From Rhizaria sp. SCN 62-66 (taxonomy: Eukaryota), in NCBI GenBank assembly GCA_001724265.1, contig MEDY01000043.1, positions 1 to 64,000 on the forward strand: 64,000 nucleotides of DNA, read 5' to 3'. Numbering within the stretch: position 1 is the first letter of the stretch; every line of letters begins with the position of its first letter. The translations under genes and the position numbers were made by a program. The notes beneath the pieces were generated by a model, which was given only the letters and a program-made list of their open reading frames with translations, searched no databases and was not told the DNA's origin. This document shows, in pieces, positions 52,464 through 64,000 of the stretch.

Positions 52464-55400
52464 TCAATAAAGCGTTATGTGCCGTGTCATCGCTTTGATG
52501 CGGGCGTGGATGCCTGACAGCAATTCGAGTCGATCCATCGATGCATCTGTGGGGTCGAACGCCACCTCCGTCGTCGAGAATGGACGGTGTACGAGGAGGT
52601 ACTTGGGCGGCATCACGGCACCAGGAGCGAGCAGCTCCTTCTCTGCCTTGGCAACAGCGGCGGCAACTGTAGATGATTCATGTACTCGCATGCGGTTGCT
52701 GCTGATAACAAACGTCTTTACGCCTGATGCTTGCGCAGATCCGGGGTTAAGCGCGAACGCCTCTTCCTCGGCCAGCACGCCCATCTCATCACTGGCGCGC
52801 AGAGAGACCATGCCGCGACCGCGGATCCAGCCCTGTTGCAGTCCGTCTGACGAAAGCACTGCAACAGGCGAGGTGGAGATCGACACCACGTCGCGGATCA
52901 TTGCCATGCGCTGCGCGTCGTTGGCGCCAATCAGCAGCGGTGGCATCACGTTGCTCGCCATCGACATCAGAGGGAAAAATCGCATCACGGTGCTGTAGAA
53001 CAAGTCTTTCACAAGCGGATTCGCTCCCGACACTCCGTCGCGCCGCTTAAACACACTGATCTCCTTGCGCGCCGCCTCCCACGTCTCGGAAAGAACTTGG
53101 CTCACGTCCTGGTGCTGTGCGCAAAACAGCAGCGTCTGAACCATGGGTGAGTGAATCGGGCTCAGCCGCGCCGAGCGCTGCGCCGAGCGCATCGCCAGCT
53201 CGTCCGCGAGCGCTTCCTGGAAGTTGCGCAGCACACGGCACATGTGCGTGGGAACGACGACGTCGACGGGCAGCGTCTGCACGAGCTCCGCGACGCGCGA
53301 GCCTGCCTTGAGCTTCTCCAACGGCGTCACCTGCACCACAAGCGCGGGCGCGCGCTGGTCATTGCCCTTGGCAGAGCGCAGTGCTGAGGGCGGGAAGGCC
53401 TCCTCGGCGAGGAACGTGCCCGCGTGCAGCGGTAGTGTGACCTTGCGCGCGCCCAGGTCCGACGTGTCAAGCAGGTCATTGAGCGAGATGTCGAGCTGCG
53501 CCCATCCGAGGCTCAGCTCTGTCACGCCCGGCAGCCCGCCCACGGCGGCCGCGCCGGAGGGCGGGGCGCCGAGGCTCGCGGGGGCCAGCGCCTGCCGCGG
53601 GTCATTAGCCATGACCGTGAGCTCGAAGATGAGCGACGTGTTGCTGCGGTCTGTTTTGATGAGCATCTGGCTCCAGTCGTCATTGTCATTCCCGCCGGGC
53701 GCCGAGGCGGCGTCGGGGAACAGCCACTTGGACTGGTCTTTCTTGGTGTTGCAGGCACCCTTGGCGATGTGGAGGTTCGACACTGGCATCCGCTTATCAA
53801 ACAGGCAGCAGCGCACGCGGTAGCCCACCGCCAGCGCCGTCGCAGCCGTATCCAGCGCGGGCATGTTGACCGCGCTGAGCAGCGAGACCTCAACCGCGGC
53901 GCTGGGGTCCTTGGCGCCCCACACACCGAGCTCGTCGCCCTGTAGACTCGCGGCCGGCGCGCTCGACAGCCACTTGTCGGCCACGCTCTGCAGCCCAGAG
54001 GCCACGGTCACCGCACCGCCAGTCACAATCTCGGCCGCCGCGCCGGAGCCGGCTCCGTTGCCAGTGCTGGTGAGTGACGAGGCTGCGGAGACGTCGCCCT
54101 TGAGCAGCGTGCCCGTCGCTGCCCACAGCGCGACTTCGTCCACAACGGCGGGACCGCAGGGCAAGCCCTTGGGCAGCGCCGCGGCGCCGTGCGCGCCGCG
54201 CTGCGAGCGCACGGGGTCGAGCACGGCCGCGCCGGCGCCCAGCGCGGTGGGCGGCGCGTGCCGCGTGAGGTCGAGCGGGACCGGGACAAGCGCGCCCGTC
54301 GCCGGGTCTGTGCGCAAGTGGCGGAAGCCGAGCCCCGTGTGGTCGAGCACGGGCACCAGGCGCGACGCGAGCGAGAAACGCGGCGACGCGTCGAGCACGG
54401 CCAGCAGTGGCACACGCGCGTGGCTGGGCACGGCGGCGAAGAGCTCCAGCGCGGCGAGTGGCGGCGCCAGACGCGCGCGCACAAGCTTGTGCAGCAGCAG
54501 AGTCGCGCAATGCAGCGCTGCGGGCGCGCCCGCGGCCAGCGGCTTAGAGGCGAGTAGTGCCCAGAGCTGCGTGAACTCACCGGGCGACACGGCGCCGTCG
54601 TCGTTGACGTCAGCGAGCGCGGTCAACAGCGCCAGGTCCGTGGCAGTGAAGACGCAGCGCGGCGCGGGCACGGTCACCGTCACCACAGGCACGCGCGCCG
54701 AGGCGCCCGGGAAGAGCGTGGCGGGCAGCGGGGCCGTCGTGGCCGCGGTCGCGGAGCGGAACAGCAGCTGGCTCACCGCGTCGTCGCTGAGGGACGAGTC
54801 GAGAGCAGTCGCCGACGCAGTCGAGGGGTGGCCATACGCGGCGCCGGCGGAGGCTGCAGCGGAGGACGAGGAGGACGATGACGGTGCGGCGCCAATCCAG
54901 ACGTCGTGCATGGAGGTCTCCGGTGGGAGATCGTGCACATACGCGTCGCCGCAAAGCGTCTGCACACCGAGCGCGAACTCTGCCGCGTCCAGCTCGCCGT
55001 CTCCATTGGTGTCGCACGCGCGGAAGAAGGTGCTGAGCCCGGCCGCGTCGGCGCCCTCGGCCGCATGCGCCGCGAACAGCAGCCGGTACAGCGCGGCGAA
55101 GAGCGGGAACGGGACGACGCTCAGCGGCAGCCCCTTGCCGCCCGCGGCCGCGGCCGAGACGCCCAGTCCGCGCGCGGCCCACGCCCGGCTCGACGCGCCC
55201 CCGGGCTACGACGCCGCGACCGCCGCCGGCCCCCTAGTGACCGCGACGGCAGGGGTGGCGTGGTGGGCCGCGAGGGCGTCTGCAGTGACTGGCAGCAGCG
55301 CGCCGGACGCAAGGAGAAAGTCCGTCCCCGACTGCGGCATCGCGAGCCCCAGCGCGGCCATGGCGCGGCGCACGTCGGGCACGAGCAGCCCGCCGAACTG

Positions 55401-55850
55401 CGCGCGGCCGAACGCAGCCGTGCACAGCGCGTACGCCTGCGACAGGAACGCAAGCTCTTCCGCGATCAGCCGCGGCAGCGCGCGGGCCAGCGCAGGCGGC
55501 AGCGACGCGCGCTCGCGGAGGTACGCGCTCTCGGCCGCGCACGACGGCGCTACGGCCACCGCGCCGCTTGCAGAGTTCGCGGAGTTAAGAGAGGGTTCAG
55601 CGCGGAAATTTGCGTAGTAGCTGCGCAGCTGTGCCAAGTGCGCGTGTTGCGGCGTCAGCTCGCAGTAACGGCCCTGTAGTCGCTGCTCGAGGGTCTGCAA
55701 ATCGCTCGGCAGCGTCGGCTTCTGCTGAAGCTGAGGCTGCGGCTGATACGGTTGCTGAAGCGAATACTGCTGTTGCTGTTGCTGTGGCTGGGGTGCGGCG
55801 TACTGCGCCTGGGGAGGAAACGAGATGCCGCGGCTCTCCGCATACCCATC

Positions 55851-55887
<37 letters not shown>

Positions 55888-57137
55888 TGCTTTGGGGGGA
55901 TGGCAGCAAGTCCTGCGCGCAGCTCCGCCTCCGCTGCGGTGTAATCTACACGCCCGTTGCCGTCGACAGAGACGAGATGCGAGAGCGCGGCGAGCAGCGC
56001 GGGCGTCACGGCCCCCGCAGCCGCGGCGCCGCCGGCCTCGTGCGTGATGACGACGGAGAGCGCTCGCAACCGCGCCGAAACCTGCTCGTGTAGCGTAAGG
56101 AAAACGCGTGCGAAAAGGTAAAACGCGTCCGGGGAAAGTCCGCGCGCAAGCGCAGCCGCCGCGCCCGCCGCGCCGCCCGCTGGGGGCGCGCCCGCGACGT
56201 CCATGTCGAAGGTGAGGCGGTAGAGGCGCGCGAGGAACACTTCGCTGTAGGGGTAGCCGAGCGTGCGGACGAGCGCGACGAGCTCCGGCAACGAGAGGTG
56301 GCCGTCGGCGTCGGCATCGAAGCGTGCAAACGACTGCCGCAGCCGCCACGCCTCGGACGGCGAGAACGCGTGCAGCTCGCCGGCGCCAGGGCCCGCGCTT
56401 TCAACAGCAGCGCCAGCAGCACCAGTGTCGGTATTCGCGGGAGCGGCAGGGGTGGCATCGGCGGCGGCGGCGGGCTGGAAAGCAGTGTTCATGGGTGAAA
56501 ACGCGGTAAACCCATGTGCTGGCGCATTGGAGGACAAAGCCGTCGCGCCATGACCGTTCTGAGGTGCCGCGTTGCTGTACGGGGCAGCGTTGTTGTTGTA
56601 AGCGTTGACTGCTGGAGCGGCGGCGGTGGGGCCTGCGTAGGTGGCGACCGCCAAGGCCGTAGTAACGGGCGCCTGCACGGGGTCGAAGTGGAGGTAACTG
56701 CCGGGCGGGACCGCAGCCGCGCTGCCGCTGTTCGCGGCCACAGCAGCCTGATCCGCATGTGGGGCCGGAGAAGCCGAGGCGGGCGGCGGGGCCAGGTGCG
56801 CGTGGAACGAGGGCGCGACGGGCGAGCCGGGGCCTCCGACGGGCGGCAGCGCCGGTGCCGCGGCCTGTGTGCTGGCGGGCTGCGCGGCGGAGTTTGCGGT
56901 TGCTGCTGCAGGAGGGTAGAATGGACTGTTATAGAAGGGTGCGATGTTGCTGGCATCCACGGGGCGCGATAGCGTGGTGGGAGGCAGGCCGGACTCGCTC
57001 GCATAAGACGGCTGCAAGTAAGCGTACGTAGGCGCGTATTCGTACCCTGCAAGAGGCTGTGGTCCGGGGTAGTTGTGTGGAGCTTGGACTTGTGGAGTCA
57101 GCGCCTTCTGCGAGCCGCTACCGCCATGAAACGACAT
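52464..57137 (-). CDS. NPHP1: EF-hand + nephrocystin-1 homology domain protein, ~1,557 aa, read through an in-frame TAG at 55206-55208
   Basis: EF-hand loops DADADGHLSLPE, DTNGDGELDAAE and DVNDDGAVSPGE. The C-terminal motifs RVRCCLFD..VSNLH, KWLF, LIFEL, ELSLGW, LHAGT and HRPF match the NPHP1 C-terminal domain as I recall it. ORFs 55206-57137 and 52464-54965 are in the same frame; ends TGA. Confidence 0.78.
55852..55890 (-). repeat. CAG repeat encoding poly-Gln (13 residues)
   Basis: (tgc)n on the + strand inside the NPHP1-like gene. Confidence 0.9.
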
Positions 57138-57686
57138 CGAGGCCTAGCTTAGCCCAGACACAGCGCGTTTAGAAAGATATAATTCAAGGAGAAGATGCTA
57201 GATGAGTATTTTTGTTAATATCCATTGCTCATATTCAAATATACGGTGCGTATATCTTAAGCTGATGCGAATTTAGTCGGCGTCCATCGTAACGGCTCTA
57301 TTGCCACCCCCTGCCATCGACCGGTGGCTCGTCGCTGGGGGTAGCTGGGTGCAATGCAAAAGGCCGAATCAAATGCACCAGCGATTGATCGTCAACATGG
57401 GGCTTCAACAGGAATAGAAACTCTACGGTCTATTTTAGGGCTGTTGCAATCACGGTATTCTCTCAATCTGATGTCTTTTTGCTCGAAGCGCGATGCCTCA
57501 AAAGTCGACGTATGCATGTCCTCATCGACACTGCCAGCCCGAACTCCTTATTTATACCGTGACGTAGGTGCCCATGAAGATGGAAGCACGGCCATATCAG
57601 CATGCTATAGACTGACTCCCCACTATTTTGCTCTAATGCATCTTGCATTACCTTTTCTCTTTGAGTTCTTGCTTTCAGACCAGGAT

Positions 57687-58474
57687 ATGCCGAACGAGCA
57701 TATCACGGTGGATACGCTCGCCTTCGCCCCCGCGACGCGGGAGCTCATCGAGCCCGTTCTGGAGTGCGTCAACGACGCATTTATTGCTGATGCGTTTTTC
57801 AAGAAGCCCGCCTACGTGAACCGCATGTCACTCGCTGGTACGTTTGTTTTCCGTCTCGTTTAACAACTCTGTTATCGCGCATAATGCTTGCTACTTACCA
57901 TTCGCACTCATTGTATTGTCGTGCTGCTTTGTTTTTTTGTTCTTCCGTAGACATCCGCGACGCCGTCCTGGGCAACCTGGACGAGGGCAAGTCCGAGACC
58001 TACTTCGCCGCGACCCACACCGATGCTGCCACGGGCGCCTTGACCGTGGTCGGCGCAGTCCACCTCAAGTGGGGCGTGCGTAAAGATGACACGCCGGGCG
58101 TCATCACCGTCCACGGCACCTTCAGCGTTGTCGCCGTCGGCACGGCTTACCGCGAGCGCGGCTTCGGCAAGTACCTGATCCGCTCCGTCGAGTCGTTTCT
58201 GCTCTCTGAGGCCAAGCGCGCCGCGGAGTCTGCGGCGGAGCTGGCTGCTCGGTCCACTCAGCAGGCCGCTGCGGAGCGCGTGCGGTGCGAGAGCGGTGCG
58301 CTAGTGCTGGATGTGCGCACGGAGCTGCCGCCGTGGTACGCGCGCCAGGGCTACGCCACCGTCGAGACGGGGCTGCCGTTCCCCTACCCCGAGATGCTCA
58401 ACGAGCAGTATAGTAACGTGACGGGAATGCGCATCCTCAAGGTGCTCAGTGAGGACGTCGCAGCGACCGCGTAA
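57687..58474 (+). CDS. GNAT-family N-acetyltransferase
   Basis: Exon 57687-57837, intron 57838-57950 (GTACGT..TAG), exon 57951-58474 ending TAA. Motif A VAVGTAYRERGFGKYL and WYARQGY. A short upstream exon from 57471 is possible. Confidence 0.85.
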
Positions 58475-59102
58475 GATGCGTGCCGCCAAATACCGGCAGC
58501 TGGCTCGACTCCACGGCGCCCCGCTTGGCCGGGCTTGGACTGAAGAGCGGGCCACACTGCAGCTGCACACACACATCGAGAGAAGGAGGATGACGAGAGC
58601 GGGCTAGGCCGCTCGGAAACTGTTACATATTCTTATTATCAAGACAAAATACACGCACGCGAACTTTAAACGCATTGTTTCTGCTATATTCATAGCTGTT
58701 TTTGAGCTCCTGCGACAATGCGCCGTGGGTTAACACATTTTTTGGGTTTCGCAACTTGACAACGGTGAGAATATGAGTTGTGGTTGCGAGCTATCCAGGT
58801 TTTTGCCAAGTGTTTATCGACACATCGTGATTGTAAAAGCATGTTTTGGTACATTCATGTCATATAACAAGTAATATTTAACTCTAGGTTATTATTAAAT
58901 GACGAATAATACTCAACGTAGTATCTCCGTGTTTCCGTTTTCGATTCCTGTTTCCCAAGTAGATTTTGAGTCGCTCATTGAGCAGCACGCTGAGCGCTCT
59001 AACACACTATCTTCAAGGGTCGCCCGTTCATAACGCTGCATAACGGTCACGTTTTCTGTTACATCGTTTGTCCCGAGATAATCTGTTGGAACATAAGTTC
59101 TG

Positions 59103-62100
59103 ATGAGTGCCAGCGAATAGTCTGCAGCCGCGATACTGGTGCGGTGCCAGGAAATCTGCGACTACCGTCCGCGTCCGCCGGCGCCGTCTGAGAGCGAGTT
59201 CCGCCGCATCGGCGTGCTTATCTGCAGCGCATGCAAGGCTTGCGAGTTTCCCGGTTGCGACGACGGACACATCGACACCGGCAGCCTGCTCACAGTGCCT
59301 CTGGGCAACGGCCATGCTGCCTGCGCCGCGTGTCTTGCGGCGGGCCACCTCACCAGCACTGACCTGGCTGCGCCCTGGTGCGAGGCTTGCCGCTACTGCA
59401 ACATGCTGCCTTGCGTCGTGCACCACTGGCTGCTGCGCGATGCCACGCTGGTTGCCGCCATGGTCCGCTTCGACGCGGCGCTCGCGCGCGGGGCGTTCCC
59501 CGACGCCGACCCCAGCGACCCATCAGCGCTCGTGATCGCGCTCACCTGCGACACATGCGCCGCGACAGAGATCCCCATTACGGCACCTGGATCAGACGCC
59601 GTCCTTACGCGCCGCCTTTTTGCCCAGCTCTTGCGCGCGGCCAAGGCCTCGGTAGCCACCGGTGCATCTGTTGGCGCTACAGCAACATATGTTGCTAATG
59701 CTTCTGCTAACGAATCTGTGAGCGCGTCTGCTGATGGCGCACCTTGTCCGGTGCCGATTGTCCACTACCTGCCCGCGTGCGCCGGCGCCGTGCGCGCGCG
59801 CGAAGTGTTGATGTTGCGCTCCGAGCTGGTCTACGCGCTCGAAACGCTGCGCGACACGCCGCGCATGCCTCTGCCGGCCGCGCTGGCGCGCCGCTTCCGC
59901 GCCCCGCGGCGCTGGCGCACTCACCCTGCGCTCGACGCCGCCGTCGCCGCCGCGCGCGCGTTCCGCGGTGTGCAAGACCTGCTCTCCCCGCTGTCTCCGC
60001 TCTCGCCGCTGTCTCCGCGCAGTCCGCTGAGCGCACCCAACGCGCTCACTGCGCCCGGTGCGAATGGACCGCGTTCTCTCACAGTCACTCCGGTCGGACT
60101 GGCCGTGGACAAGGGCGCGGCCACGGACGCCGGCGCGCTGCGGGGGGCTGAGTTCGCGCTGGCCGACGCGTCTGTTCCGTGGCCGCGGCCGGTGTGGCGC
60201 AGCGGCGCATTCGCAGGTCAGTTCGGCGACGCCTTCCTGCGCAACACGGAGCTAGAGGGCGGGAACGTTGCCGCGTCGCTGGCGTTTGTTGCGCGCGCGC
60301 TGCGCAGGCTTGCCCCGCATGCGCGCGCACTGCTGTCGCTGCCGGAACATGTCTACGCCGCCGCCGAGGCCGCTGCGGAGGCGCTTGAAGGCGCGGTCGT
60401 GGCGGCGCGCGCGCTCGACGCAGTGGCCGCGCTGCCCGAGGAGCCGCTCGAGGAGCTGTGTGTTGTGCGCGGGCGCGTGCAGCGGCTGCCCGTGAAACGT
60501 GGCGCGGCGGTGAAGCAAAGCGCTGACGCCCAGGCCCAGGCCCGCGGTGACGGCAGCATCCTCAATGACGAGGAAGGCGAGGGCTGCGACGGTCTGCTGT
60601 CTTCGGTCGCTGCGGTGCGCGTCGCGAGCGGGAGCCGTATTGGCCCCGGCTCCGCGTCTGACAGCGAGAGCGCGGACGCCAGCGACGACGACGGCGGCGC
60701 CAGCGACGAGTCCGACCTCGAGAGCACCGACTGCGACGGTGCCGACGACGACAGTGAGGACGACGATTGCTCCGACGACGAAGACGAGCCGCGCGAGAAC
60801 CGCGCTGTGGGCGGTGCAAAGACTGTGGCGGCGGACGGTGATGTCGAGGCGTTTTGCGAGTCGTACTGGCGCGCTGTGTGGGGTACTGACGCGGCTGCGG
60901 CAGCGGATGATTCACACGCTCCCGCGGACGACGGGGCTGATGATGAGACCGCCAGTGCCGACGGCGAGGACGAAGATGATGCGGCGATGCCGCTCTCTGC
61001 GGCGGGTGCCGAAAGCGACGACGACGGCGACGGTTTGGGCGGCGAGGATGAGAAGGCTGCCGCCACTGCGCTCTCAGCGCGTCGCTTGCGCGCGCGCATG
61101 GGCCTCTCGACGGCGTCTGCGGCCGAAATGAACCGACGGCTGGACTCGGCAGCGCAAGCGCGGCAGCGCAGTGGCGTGGGCGCCGCGGAGATCAAGGACC
61201 GCGCGCTGCTGCTTCTCGTGCGCGCGCACGTCCGGCGTCTGCGCGCGCTCGCGCCAGGTGAGCTGGCAGTGTTTCCGGGCGGCTATCTGCGCGAGGGCAG
61301 CCGCGGCGGCCACGTGGTGATGCACATTGCCGTGCGAGGCCGCTCTGACGGGCTGCCTCTGCTGACGGGTACGACGACGGGCGCTGACGCGTTTGACATC
61401 ATCACGTGTAACACAGGAAACGGGCTTGCGCACCATCCCTTTAAGCTCTCGCCGACGGGCCCGCGCTTTGTGACGACGCTGTGTTTGCCCAACGTACCGG
61501 CTCCTCGCGCGTGTTCCGCGGCCGCGTGGGCCGTTGCTCTGCGCGGCGCCGCATTCCGCTCTTCAGACCACGACCCCGACGTTGTGTATCGCGTGCTGTT
61601 GCCGTTTCTTGCCGGCGGACCCAACGGCGGGCTCCTGCGCGACCGCGGCACGACGGAGCCCGCCGCCTTGCACGGTGTTGCGCGCACACCGCAGCGCGCG
61701 GGCATGTGTTTCCACCGCGCGTCTCTTGAAGCGGCGCGCGCTGTGATGGCGTACCATGGTGCAACTGGGCGCGATTGGTCGCGCGTCACCTATCTGATCC
61801 GCTTCTTGGCACTGCAGGACGCTGTCGCAGATCTCCGCGTGTGCGCTGCACTCGGCGCGGCGCTGAGCGAGTCGTCAGACATCCCGCTGCTGCGTCTGGC
61901 CACGAAGCAGACTGCGCGCGCGCTTGCACGCGTGATGCCCGACGATGCGCGCGTTGCGGAGGCGCTGCGTAGGACGATCGTTCAGATCAACGCCGCAATC
62001 GAGGCCTCGCCCGCGCCCGCCGCGTTGCGCTGGCATCCCAACATGCTTGCCGCCGAGTTTCACGCGCTTTCAAGAACTGACTGTGAAGCTCGTTCTGTGC

Positions 62101-64000
62101 CTGTTTTGGAGTTCGCAGCCCAGGAGGATCTGCTTTTGCCGACAGCGTCGCTCGCCACCCTGCCGGTGGCGCACGAGCGCGCGTACCTGCCCCCGCCGCT
62201 GCACGCTGAGGTCGCGTGCTCTGCAGCCTGGGCCCTGCACGGCGGTTTCGACGCGGTGATGACGGACCACTCTGCGGCGCAGAACGCGGCTGCTGGGTCA
62301 GAGGCCGAGATCGCGCCAGAGGCCGTGGTTGACGCGCTTATCGTTGCGGGCGACAGTTCCGCCGTAGAAACGGTGAGTTTGGTTGATCGGCGTCTCGCTG
62401 CGGTCGCAGTGCTGAAGCAGGTGACTGACGCCGCGAAGAAGCTGTTGTCGCGCACCACCGTGGCCGACTACGACGCCGCAGCACGCCTACTTGTCGCCAC
62501 GATTGCCGAGCGCGTCCCCGTCCCGTGCACACACCGCGAGCGTGGGCTGCCGCTCACGGTGTCGACTTCGGACGGACGCAACGAGCTCCCACCGACGCGC
62601 GAGCGCACGCTCTGCTGTCCTTGGCTCGACGCTTCCATTACGCGCGCCGAGCTTGTGGCGGCCGCGGTGGCGCTGCACGAGGCCGCGGTGACGCTTGTGG
62701 CGGCATTGCTGGGCTCTAGTGGGGATGTTGCTGCCGGTGCGGGCCGCGGACTCATAGCTATGGCGGCGTTGTTTGCAGTTAGCGATGCCCTTGTACGCGT
62801 TTGTCCGACTGACTGTGAGAATCCGTGGGCTGTGCTGGTCGACAATGCACCGCGCCACGGACTTGAGCACGGCCCACGGTCTCCACGCTCTCCACTGTCG
62901 TCTGACACTTCTGCGCTGCCGCAGAGCCCACCGGACGTTGTTGTTGCGAATCCAACTTGTAATGGAGCTGAAAAGCCGACTACGGCGGGTCCGTTGGCGA
63001 TGTTTTCGTCGACCTGGTCTGATCCTGCTTTGGCGACGCTGCTGGCGCTGCTGCCACTGACGGAGCCTGCGCTGGCCATCGCGCGTGGCCGCGCGCTCGC
63101 GTACATCAGCGAGCGCGAGGCTGCAGCGGAGCACGTGCTGTTCCGCGGGGTCCAGGATCCGATTTTGTCGTCGTCGCCTGAAGCGCTGTTGATGCACGCG
63201 TACGCGGAACTGACGGAGACCCCGCTCAGCGCATCGCGCGCCGGCGGCGCGGTTGACATTCCTTCGACTGTGGGTTCGTGGCTGTGCTCGCCCTATTGGG
63301 CGGAGGACACGTACACGAGCACGCTCACCCCTATCACACGCTGGCACGGCGAGTTCGCTGTGTGGCGTGATCTCGGTTTCTATGTGTGCTTTTTGCGCTA
63401 CCGTTTACGTGATCGCGGCAACGATAGCGGCGACACCGCACCGCAGCTGCGCCGCCCGCGTGCGATGCGGCCCCGCTGGGAGTCGGGCGTTGACGACGGT
63501 ATCATCTCACTCGATATTTCCGTGGGTCGTTTCTCAGACGTCTTTGCTCACGAGGGGGTTGTTGTCGCCACGCCGGCTTGGTCGACGTACTACTTGCCCG
63601 CACCCGCGCAATCCCGCGTGGTCGCGCCCGCGATCCAGGCCTGGGGCACGCTCCCCGCTGTGGTCACACCACATGAGCTGCACAGCTCTGGCGTCGTCAT
63701 GGGAGGCTCTACATCCGCGCACGGCGGCGGAGGATACGCCGGACGCTGGGACGATATGCAAGACTTGTCGGCGCTCGGGCGGGCCTGTGACGAAGCCGCG
63801 GCGTCTGTCACGCTTTCACGCAAATCCCGCGAGTCTCGCACTGGTGCCGTCGCCACCCCGCATTTGTTTGAGGCGCGTAAGCCGCTCACTTTATCGACCG
63901 CAGGCAGGATTTTGTTCTCAGCACTTGCTGACTTTGATCTGCGACTTGACGATCCCGCGCCAGAGGAGACAGTGCTCCTATCCGCCCACCTGCCAAGTTT
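59103..64000 (+). CDS. Giant protein (>1,630 aa, truncated by the window): Cys/His-rich RING-like N-terminus, acidic linker, putative cysteine protease/deubiquitinase-like domain
   Basis: ATG 59103 follows an in-frame TAA and reads MSASE[TAG]SAAAILVRC. The frame appears open to 64000: the segments I translated are stop-free, and it is absent from the ORF track, consistent with no stop being reached. Motifs GHAACAAC, PGGY..GGHVVMH, TCNTGNGLAHHP, VYRVLLPFL, TPQRAGMCF, PEETVLLSAHLPS. Confidence 0.72.

Noticed and set aside
53863-55617. 584-aa plus-strand ORF
   Set aside because: Antisense shadow of the EF-hand/NPHP1 gene.
519-59120. Pyrrolysine or selenocysteine explanation for the in-frame stops
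   Set aside because: The codons are TAG, not TGA, so not Sec. They lie in non-catalytic linkers of unrelated eukaryotic proteins, and no pyl genes are present in the window.
1-64000. CRISPR arrays, rRNA, tRNA, intact transposase or prokaryotic operons
   Set aside because: None recognised by eye. The window is intron-containing eukaryotic DNA; a tRNA scan was not run.

Overview
This is eukaryotic nuclear DNA from a flagellated protist: GC-rich, Ala-rich exons, AT-richer spacers and short GT-AG introns with a dominant GTACGT donor. About 13 protein-coding genes can be reconstructed: a B-box/coiled-coil (TRIM37-like) protein, a helical-repeat protein, a BT1 folate/biopterin transporter, a VAT1-like oxidoreductase, a Na+/H+ exchanger, an APT1/LYPLA-like esterase, SAC3/GANP, a TEX45/SAXO5-like axonemal protein, PLPBP, a ~6,800-aa surface receptor-like protein, an EF-hand/NPHP1 protein, a GNAT, and a giant RING-like/putative cysteine-protease protein that runs off the right end. 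The main observation is a probable non-standard nuclear genetic code. Seven in-frame TAG codons sit in six genes, and the same reading frame continues past each. Once the TAG at 5591-5593 is read through, all 11 gene ends I could resolve are TAA or TGA. This points to UAG alone being a sense codon (Gln is my best guess), with UAA and UGA still stops. Family assignments come from motif recognition by eye, not database searches.
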